A DNA stretch of 64,000 nt, from assembly GCA_002633005.1 (NCBI GenBank), contig NMRA01000026.1, forward strand, positions 1,384,710 to 1,448,709. Direction: 5' to 3'. The number at the start of each line of letters is the position of its first letter. Within the stretch, counting starts at the first letter, position 1. Source of the DNA: Phoronis australis (taxonomy: Eukaryota; Animalia; Phoronida). The notes under the pieces are model-generated. The model saw only the letters and a list, made by a program, of their open reading frames with translations. It was not told the DNA's origin and searched no databases. The position numbers were made by a program, and so were the translations under genes. Positions 54,540-64,000 of the stretch are shown here, piece by piece.

Positions 54540-54605
54540 CTTTTGCTTTTCTGTGCCTGTAATTGGGCCGGCTGGGATTATACAGCGATAGGACCCTCTT
54601 TCGTA
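54540..54605 (-). CDS. PALB2: Candidate upstream PALB2 coding exon (YERGSYRCIIPAGPITGTEKQK)
   Basis: Polypyrimidine-CAG acceptor and phase-0 AAG|gtatcc donor. The end PAGPITGTEKQK resembles the end of human exon 1 (PPGKPLSCEEKEK). There is no in-frame ATG, so a further exon would be required. Confidence 0.45.
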
Positions 54606-55019
54606 CTGGAGGTAAAAAAGTTTGTTCTTTTCATTGCCTAGTTTTGGAATATCAGGCACATTTTCAGTTAATTTCAGAAACTGGCGAGGTATATGGCCGT
54701 GGAAATATTACCTATTTCAACCCTATAAAAAGTGCAGGAATATTGAAAGGTATCTTTGAGAAAGGGGATTCTGTTTGGTTCAAAATTAGCCCAACGAGCT
54801 TGCTTTATACACTCGCTCCACATTTTCTTATCATTGATTGATGTCGAGAAGGCGATGAACTTAACATCACGCATTCATGGCCATTTGTAAAGTTTATCCA
54901 ACTTTCTCCCATCGGAGTTGAAGCCTACAGCACAGCAGTAATACTTGGCACAGTTGTAGTTGCCTAACTCGTGTGCCCTCAATACTCTTTGGTTATGGCA
55001 CGTGATAACCAAAAAAGGA

Positions 55020-55890
55020 GTTGGGAGTCTTTGTATAAGTCATCTTAATTGACGTAGACATGCTTTGTCGAGGATAAGTATAGAAACAGAAAGAATCATG
55101 GAAGAAAGTAATACTTTTTAGTGCAAAATGTATTTTTGATGAGTTGAAAACCACTTGTTTAGAGACGGTATTTCGGATACCACCTGTTTAAAATTCATGG
55201 GGTGAGGTTATTACAGAAACCAATGAGGAGTACTGTAGCCCCTGTAAACAGGCTGTATACAGCCAGCCGAGGGGCTATGTAAGGTGTCACGGCCTCTATG
55301 CGCAAAAGGTACAGTTTACAATAACATGACTTTCAGGGTTTAATCTTCCGGCATGTTGAGGGCCTATGGGATGGCTGCCGTCTCTACTGCCAGTTGAGAG
55401 GGTGGTACTGTCTAGTTTGGCACCAACTGACCAAGCCCAGGCCAAGGCCAAGGCAAGTGCAGGCTAACCCCTAAACAGTAACCACTGCCTCTAGTGAACT
55501 ACAGCAGTGAAGCTGCTACGGCTTCATATGCCGGAAGCTTTTCAGCGAATTGTGCCTCGCACTGGTTAAAAAATCAAAGTCATGTTGTTATACGTACCTT
55601 TTGCGCACAGAGGAAAACCTTAGGTCGTTGACGTCTTTCCAACTCAAACAAATACTCCCATTATCAAACTTTTTCTTCATGCAGTCTTTCGTTCAGTTCC
55701 CCAAATCGACAACTAGCCATTTTTAACACTGCGCACGGCATGTGGTATGACGTCATATCCCTCTGCATGCACAAAAGGTACGTATAACAATGTGACTGGT
55801 GTTTTAATCAAAGTGAGGCATAATATTCACCGAAAAGCTTCCAGCATATGAAGCTCTAATGGCCACCTCGAGACAGCGGTCACTGTCTAG
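55020..55890. mobile_element. Degenerate family B fragment (about 55020-55290) plus an internally deleted family A element (about 55471-55890)
   Basis: 55080-55280 matches 26630-26825. GCCGGAAGCTTTTCAGCGAATTGTGCCTCGCAC and its inverted partner at 55770-55890 match the family A TIR. Confidence 0.65.
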
Positions 55891-56615
55891 CTTTGGTGCA
55901 AACCTGTATACTTAATATACAGCTTTGCACTGATGTGGGTAAAAAACTGACCACATAAAATCAGACACTCCTCCTTAAGTAAAGTAAAGTATTTACCAGA
56001 GTTGGCAAAATTGCCATTCTACCGTTATTCTGCAGCTATAATTAAGGTGCTTTTGCATCGGCTTTCGGTGCCATGGAATATTGCGTCACCTATTGGTCAG
56101 TTTCTTTTTTCGCTGATTCTTCAATCAAGTGTTGTTCTTTCAAGAGGTTGCGTACACGTTCACTTCATAGTATTTTTTTAGAATATTGATACCAGCAAAC
56201 CGAATTTCAGAATAAATTTTGCTGCTGCGAAGCTGTCATCGTCTCCTGAGAGATGTCGCAAAGATTTAAGGAAATGGTGTGTGCACGTGTCACGAGCGTA
56301 CTGTTTTCAAAATGACGGCATACTTTTTTGTTACAAAAGGCAGAGAATTACGCAAGCAAATGACGTTTATTAGATTGTTTTTCATTTCAACGGCTGCAAC
56401 GGGCAAAGTGAGTTTCAGTTGACTCCAGGTTTTGCATGCACCCCCGCCGATCTTTAGCTCAACATGTTGATTATAAGTTTCACAGCGAGGTGATGAGCAG
56501 AACTACAAGGGCTATATATGCAATTTCGAGGTCTGTCAGAGCTGAACACACAGTGGTATCTAGCTGTATTTTGACGATAATCTTCTTACAGCTAACTGCC
56601 TGGCTAGTCACTGTC

Positions 56616-58593
56616 TAGGCAACACATAGACCCTCGGTTGGCTGCTTAGGGGCTACAATACTTCCCATCACTTTCTATACTAACTTCATTCTGTGTATTT
56701 TAAATGGGCAGTAGGCGAAATCTTCTCACCGATAGTTTTCACCTCATCAAAAATACATTGTATACTTAAAACTATTACTTAAAAAAGAACTTGCTTTCTT
56801 CAGTGATCTTTTCTGCTTCTATACATATTTTCGATGAAGCATATGTAAAAGAATTAAGGTGACTTTGGCGAAGAATTCCAACTCAGCGTTAACTTTTTCA
56901 CCACACGCACGCGATAACCATAAAGTTTTTCAACTTAGTCACGTGAGTTAGGCAAAGGCTAGCGCGAAACTGAACAAACATGGGTGGCGCAACACTGAAA
57001 AAAGTAGGGCTATAGCCCCCACCCCCACCCCGTATGGTGCGCTGCCCATGCCGAAGCGAGTGACCTGATGCGTGACACTTACAAGATAGCATGGAAGATA
57101 TCAGGTGAAATTTGTAAGATTTTTGTCCCTTGGACTTTTTGTTCATCAACAGGCATGATTTCACGTATCTTCCTCAAAATGGCACCTGGTGAGAGAAACT
57201 CAAGCAAACCGCGACAGATTTTCATGGATACCTTTACGAAAAATTCCAATAGGATTTCCTATTGGATCCTATAGGATCCTATATGATTCCTATAGGATAT
57301 TGGGCCAAAATCAAATTGGATTACAATTGGATCCCATAGGATTTCCTATAGGATCCAATAGGAAATCCTATATGATTGCTACAGAATCATATAGGTAATC
57401 CTATAGGATTTCTATAGGAATGGTATAGGGTTTTCTATTGGATCCTATAAGATTCCTTATTGGATCCTATAGGAAATCCAATAGGATGCTATTAGATTTC
57501 CTAAAGCATCCAATAAGAAAGCTTATAGAAATCCTTAAGGATATCCTGTGAGAAACTCTATAGGAATTTGTATAAGACTTGAATCNGCACCACAATTTTG
57601 TAGAAAGGCTGTCATAGGCTACAACTACGTCACAGAGCGTAAATTTGATGAATCCTAGCTTCCGATTTTACCCGTTTGGGAAACCGGGTTTCAACTGCCG
57701 TAGGCTCACTACAATAAGCGTCCCCTCCCCGTGAAATGAATTTTTCTAAGCGTTTGTTTGAGCCAATACAGCTTTCCACCAAGGCTAGGTGATGCCAGAC
57801 ATTATTCTTTGTTGCATTATAGTATCTGGTCTTGGCTAATTATCATTTTATGGCCTGGTCATCCATTCAGCCAAAAGTAGTTCCAGAGGTGGCTTATCAG
57901 CCAATTATTCACGCATGCTGACTCACAATGGAAGCCTGATAAGAGTGAAGGTGGATAAATGCAGTGTTCCTACAGTTTCTTGTTTTAGTGGATGTGTTCA
58001 CGACATGATATATCTAGTAGGCAGTTCAATATAATTCTATAGGAAGTTCAATAGGATTCTATGAAGCAATTAACATACGAGTATTAAGACTCGCCTGAAT
58101 ATTAATATTTACAAAAATTAATGACTCAGAAGAGCTGAAATTAGATAAAAACAAATCGATACTTTACTATATACTCTTAGTCTTAGGCTATTTGTTTGTT
58201 AAAATGTTTAGAAATCCGATTTGTGATTAAATTCCTTATAGGATTTTTTCAATAGGAATTCCTATAGGATATCTTGATCCTATAGAAATCCTATAGGAAA
58301 CCGATATTCCTACTGGAATTCTGATAGGAATTCCTATAGGAAATCTTATCCTATGGGAATCCTATGGATCCTATTGAATATTTTCGTAGGGTATTATTAA
58401 TGATACTCAATACTTACTAAGTTGTGTTGACTAAATTGTATCAAGAATCATGGTATGTGCTAATTATAACTCCATGAGCATATACACATGTTTCATTCGA
58501 TTTTATTTCCTGTATTTTGAAACGAGTAACTTTTTATGAGAATGTACTATCACTCCTGTATGTCTGCGGCATTCAGGGCGATGTAATTGCCTA
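56616..58593 (-). mobile_element. Family B element with a 9-bp TSD, interrupted by a nested foldback element
   Basis: TAGGCAACAC...ATGTAATTGCCTA ends, flanked by GTCACTGTC and GTCACTGAC. Homology to 26114-26832 resumes on both sides of 57231-58391. Confidence 0.75.
57231..58391. mobile_element. Foldback-type MITE with TIRs built from CCTATAGGA-like palindromic tandem repeats, TA TSD
   Basis: TA|CCTTTACGAAAAATTCCAATAGGA ... TCCTATTGAATATTTTCGTAGGG|TA; arrays of (T)CCTATAGGA variants at 57245-57570 and 58235-58380. Confidence 0.75.
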
Positions 58594-59218
58594 GTCACTG
58601 ACACTGTCTAGCTGGTAGCTAACGCCAAAACGGTGAGTCAAGCCTGGCCAGAAACTTTACATTGACCTTAAATATGTAACATTTCAAACGAATCACCAGC
58701 AACGAAAGCAATCTCTTCACTGCCCTGAAAACCAATAACTGTAAAATCAATATTTCACCTGTTTTTTATCCATTTGAGCAGTCCGCACGGGCTCTTCCGT
58801 GTTCATAAATGTCCGCCAAACAATAGGGTGATAAAAAATATTGTCAAACTACATAACTCCATTGAATTTTTTTCAAATGTCTCTAAAAATTATCAATTTT
58901 ACACATTAAATAAGGTTAAAATTTTGTCTTATGTAGATTATATTCTTTTATTTTTATAAAATCTGCAGATAACTTATTTTAGATCCCACTTATGTCTCTT
59001 CATTAGTCTTCATTTTCATAAAGCCCATCTGCGCATGTCTTCTCAGCACTCTTGTTTGTTTGTGGGGAATTTCGTATGGAATAATCGACGTGAAAATATC
59101 CTCTTGATTGTTCCCAACACGCAGCCAAGCTGTTGTTAAGAAAGGAAAATGTGACTGTAAACCTGTATGCAGCTTTGTGACATGAGGGTCTCCGAAGACT
59201 TCTCGAAAATCGCATAAA

Positions 59219-59405
59219 ATGACAGCTGTTGTATCGCCGAATGGAGTGCCATCAGCTGGCCCGTCCAGCCCAACGTCCCCTCGAAAGAATTACGATTATT
59301 TATTAAAATTTCTCTTAGTGGGAGACAGTGATGTTGGAAAAGAGGAAATACTAAGTGGACTAGATGATGCCTCATCAGAATTGCCGTGTGGATACTCCAC
59401 TGCCG
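59219..59405 (+). CDS. RAB40: Ras-related protein Rab-40, first coding exon; later exons not found in the window
   Basis: [24 protein letters not shown] is the Rab40-type P-loop region. AAAATG start context and G|gtaac donor at 59406. Confidence 0.9.
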
Positions 59406-59659
59406 GTAACTACTTACATTTTAATGAAATTCCTTCTCCAGCATCTGATACAAGTGATAGACAGTCACAGTGAGTCAGTACCACCGGCTCAACTATCCCC
59501 AGTAGAGACGGTCCCATGGCATAGGCATAGGCCTTCAGGTAAAAGTGAAGGAAATCTGTCTCTCTTGAAAATGGCTGCAGAGAACCAGTTTTCACTGAAA
59601 AACATCAAATGTGCGTTATTCAGTAAAACTATAGCTATTTTGAGGAGGGACCTGTTTAC

Positions 59660-59830
59660 TCCACTTTTACTGGCTTATCGCCGAATTATGCCTCACAGTG
59701 ATTAAACCATCAAAGTTATATTGCTATAATTACCTTCACGTAGAGATACACTTTAGATCCTTAGGTGAGGAGTCCATGATGTGCTTAACTCATCCCAGTT
59801 CAGACAAATACTCCCACAATCAAACTTCTG
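59660..59830 (+). mobile_element. Degenerate family A TIR fragment in RAB40 intron 1
   Basis: CCGAATTATGCCTCACAGTGATTAAACCATCAAAG...CAAATACTCCC matches 25143-25270. Confidence 0.6.
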
Positions 59831-60881
59831 GTGTGTCATAAGTACATAAAGGCCTCTCTAAATCGCTCGCTAACAGATAATTGCTCTTTGACCAATCGGT
59901 TTGGATGCAGAATTTTGGGTTATGGGGTCGTTTGTTCAATTTCGGATGTACCAGGAAAAAGTAAAGGCAACTTCATCTACTTCTTCACTTCAGTTAAGTC
60001 TTGCAGCACAGGCGCATAGCACCATTTAGTGTTTGGGCTTGGAATCACCTACTGCATGTTTCCAGCTGACCTACTATACTCGTCAAATATCAGGTAGTAG
60101 TTTCCCCACCCTAGCCAACATCTCGGGTTTTACTGATGTCTATTCTGGTATTTTATTATCAGATTAGTGTCTGTGAGCAAGTTTATGAATGTGGCTGAGG
60201 CTCTAAGTGGGCTAAACTCACCAATTTAGGACACAATATGTCGAAGAAATCTAATTTTGTTTTCATATTGTTTCCACAAAAGTCATATAGCTCCAAATTA
60301 ACTTTATTTGCCATGTTCAAATGCTGTACCATAGCTATCACTGGACAATATTTTGCAGCAATGTTGGAAGTGGTAATTTTAGCAGTTATTGCTATCAGAA
60401 ATAGAGCAGATTTTACTGTACTGGTAGTCGCAAAGCTGGACACCACAGATTTTTTGAATAATTGGTGACTCTGTAATTAAATAAAAACTGGTGTATTCAA
60501 CTGTAGTACCACATAGTGATGAAAATTGAAGTACTGCTGAATTTCTAGTCATAAAATGGACATCTCATGTCATTAAGAATTACACTTCCTGTTCTGTTAA
60601 AGAGTTTAGATTTTCGTTGCTTGAGTACCACTGTGCTGGTTTTATTTGGATCACCCATGTTTGTCAACTAGAAGTGCTGTAGAACAGAGTGCCACCTTCC
60701 GAATGCTTAGAAAATGCTATGTCCATTCAGATATTATTAGAGCTGATCTGTCATCTTTCACGTCATAATTGTGGACCATTATTGTAGTGGATAGATTGCC
60801 CATTCTTCAGACACTTCTTCAAGTGGTCTTAGAGTTGGTTGTTCAGTAAAGTGGTTCAAATCCATCCCCACGCCAAACCCC

Positions 60882-60929
60882 NNNNNNNNNNNNNNNNNNN
60901 NNNNNNNNNNNNNNNNNNNNNNNNNNNNN
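60882..60929. other. Assembly gap (N run) flanked by poly-C
   Basis: Run of n bases between C tracts. Confidence 0.95.
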
Positions 60930-61479
60930 CCCCCCCCCCCCCCCCCCCGCCGCCACAATATGGGGACGTTTGATTTCTGGAGACTACTATCAACTATAAA
61001 ATTGTTATCAACTTGCTCCTTACCTCAGTTGAGATGTTATTTCTGGGTTTGTAAAAAGCTAAATGTGTGTTATTTCTTTAGGTCATTGCTGGACACATAA
61101 ATGAAAGCCACACTGTAGAACCTGGTCTGGGACAATAGCTAACTGTCAAATGAAAGCCACACTGTAGAACCTGGTCTGGGACAATAACAAACTGTCAGAT
61201 CTTCCAAATACCTTAAATCATTTCAGATTTGACCATTGAACAATTTAAGACCAATTCCCAATAGTATTGGGCCTAAATGAATTTTGTGATGTAAGGCTCA
61301 GGTTCACTGGGCTATGATGTTGATGTTGTTGGAACCTAAGTGTGGTTTAATAAGGAATTATTTCTGTTGACATTTTATTATGAAATAAATTCACACCGCT
61401 ATGGAAAATTTTATGCACTTGTTTTTTCAGTATGTAGCTAAAACTATACTTCCTGTATAGGGATTGTAGCAGAGGGATC

Positions 61480-61775
61480 CTCCTCCTCAAGTGCTTTGCC
61501 GGTAGGCGTTGGCAACCATGGTTCTCCATCTGTCTCTCTCTCTCTCGTTGCTCCAATGGTGACAGTATTTCCCGGTGTTTGCAGCCACATCGACATTCCA
61601 TCCAATTGTTTTGTTCTTTGGCGTCCTCGACTTCTCTTCCCATCTAGTTTACCAGTTGTTACCAGATGTTCTAGTCCACCTCTCCTCATGATATGACCAA
61701 AGAACTTGCTCGTCTTCTTCTGATATTGTTCAGTAGCGTTTGGTTTGTGTCTGCCTCTCTCAGTACCTCTTCGCA
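61480..61775 (-). mobile_element. 3' fragment of an RTE-like non-LTR retrotransposon in RAB40 intron 1
   Basis: EEVLREADTNQTLLNNIRRR../GHIMRRGGLEHLVTTGKLDGKRSRGRQR, a typical post-RT C-terminus, with a frameshift. Confidence 0.75.
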
Positions 61776-64000
61776 GAGGGATAAGTTAAAGATAAAATAA
61801 GGATGTCTTTCAAGGTGTTTTAAAGTTTAGTTGAATTGAATGTGCTTAAACTCAACTTCCCACATCCTGGATTCAGTTCTTTTTTTGCGAGTCAGACCGA
61901 TGCACAATAATGTATTGCTTCTTACTGCGTTTTTCAATTCTCTTATGTCTTCACTGCAACTCACTTTATGTGCAACCTACCCTGTAGCTTTGTTAACTCA
62001 CATGGATAATGCATCGCTGCTAGAGCATCTAGGTTGTTGTAAGGGTGGGGGGTCAACCTGTGAGTTTCTTTGTTTTTGTGTAGGTATTGGTCTGGGCAAA
62101 CTCCCAGGTCCTCATCCCCGTGTTGCAGACCACGTTACTGCCGAGAAAAGCAAGATTTCACGAGACTGCACAAAATCACGCAAGTTAAAAGCGAGTGTTT
62201 TGCAAGTATGCTCAGGAGCTTACGAACATGTCCTAGTAAAATGGCGGCCACTGAAGTGATTAGTCGGTGAGGTTGCAGCTTTGCATTGTGGGATTGACTT
62301 CACTGTTCCTATTCCATACTAAGTGAAGATGTTTCATTGCATGTGCATGAGCTGATGTCTTGCAGTCTGGAAGTCAACCCTTGAATAAAATCAAGTGCAA
62401 ATTTTTTATGTGTACTTGAAACTCAATATATGTTACAGAATGATAGACATTGGCGCCTATTCAATTAAACGCTAATTATTAGGTGAAAATTGTTAAGAAT
62501 AATAAAAAAACATGAAAATACCTAGTGTATGACATACACACTATTTACAAGGCATAGTTGTGTGTAAAGTGAGTGAAGCAATATGTATGTGTCTCCATTC
62601 AAATCACTTCTAAGTAGAAATTTATTTTAAAAAGAAACAATTATTTTTATATAGGTGCATGGATCGAAATATGCAGGTGGGTCACCACCTCGGTATGTCT
62701 GTCGTGTGATTCAGCTCCACGTCTGTTACCTTATACCCAGTTCATTGCTACCTGTCATTAGAGCTTTGCATGGGTGACTGACAGTTGTTAGCACAAGATG
62801 AACTGGTAATCGAAGTGAAGTGTCTGGATCTAACTAGGAAATTCTAAGGCATTATTAAGTCCACACAGTATGATATTGGAGTGTAGATGTTTTGAACTAG
62901 TCTTGCTTTTAAATAGAAGACCAGTCTGATCTGGTAATTATAACCTTTTAAATTAGATTTAAAGAGATCTTCAAAGTCAGTCTTTGACTAGTTTGTCTAG
63001 CTCCCCAGTCAGTTTGTCTGTAGATCAACTGAGATTTGTAGTGTGATTTGATAGGCACACTGGTCAAGTTGACTTATTCTTTGATGTTAGGAGCAAGCTG
63101 ACTGCCTTCTCTCCTGGTATTTTTAGGCTGGCTGTGCACTCTGCTTTGCGACCCTTCAACTTGCTGTGCTGTGAAAGCATGCAGAGAATGTTAGTTCGCT
63201 GTTTTTCTCATTTAACAAAAACTGATTAAAATGTCTGGACTCAACTTGCACTCTGGTTGTCCGAGCTGAAAATAGGAGATGTTGCGTTTTGTTTTTCATT
63301 TGCGTTCTTTCACTTGTTTATGATAAAGATTGCAAAAATGTTACAGGTGAATCAAATCTTGTCTTTTGAGAAATATACCTACAGTTTGATTCAGTGCCTG
63401 ATGAAATGATATGTCTTGCATTCTGAATTTCCTACCAATGTTGGTCTTGTTGGAATTGTCTAAAAGTGCATCTTGCCACAGGAAATCAAAATCTGTACTT
63501 CAACCACTGAATATTATTACATGATTTCTACTATGCCAAAGGTGTAACAAATTTCAGTATGAAATCGCCACACTTTTCTGTCCATGAAAAACATTCACTT
63601 TTTATCTGCTTGTTAACTAACAAGAACTGATAGAAAGGTTTTGTTCCCACCACAAATACCACCTTGCCTCAAGTGAGGGATTAGCTCAGTCACTGTCTGA
63701 TTGTCTTGTCCAGGTCAAGCTTGAGTGATGGATTTGACCTATGGGTTTGGGTACTGTCTATTCAACTACTGCTTTCTACTTTGGTGTCGCAAATTGTTTT
63801 AAGATTATTATTTACTTAATTTCGACTGTATTATAGATATTAATTAAGTCTTTATTTCAGGCTATTCGTTTTATAGTGCAAGCTCAAAAAAATTATGACA
63901 GGATCTGTATTCAACTGAACCTTCAAAATTTAAGAAAACAACGAACACTGCAATACTTAGTTTTGCTATGACTGTAAGTGTAGAGAAATTGGCACTGCTG

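Noticed and set aside
59315-59350. RAB40 P-loop GDSDVGKEE lacks the canonical Ser/Thr
   Set aside because: A known family trait of Rab40 proteins, not a new feature.
61098-61198. Two-copy local duplications (also 9137-9213, 36032-36082 and 48020-48070)
   Set aside because: Ordinary short tandem duplications in introns with no evident function.

Overview
AT-rich, intron-rich animal genomic DNA; the repeat types (HINE/Helentron-like elements, tRNA-SINEs, Penelope-like fragments) suggest a marine invertebrate, probably a mollusc (inference). Seven protein-coding genes lie in strictly alternating orientation: the 3' end of AIMP2 (+), a 19-coding-exon lysosomal alpha-glucosidase GAA (-), intronless NOPCHAP1/C12orf45 (+), NTHL1 (-), PRPSAP (+), a divergent PALB2 orthologue (-) and the first exon of RAB40 (+). 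Exon boundaries were read by eye and the joined frames close correctly. The most interesting signal is in PALB2. It keeps the coiled coil, the WD40 domain and several vertebrate intron positions, but its 511-codon disordered exon carries three repeats of an acidic W-D-D-x-[IV]-x-D-D-x-L motif resembling RPA70N-binding motifs. Other notable items are TAG-terminated DNA transposons clustered in two divergent promoter regions, an inverted Penelope pair in an NTHL1 intron, duplicated donor sites in PRPSAP, a GC-AG intron and CLEAR-like boxes at GAA.
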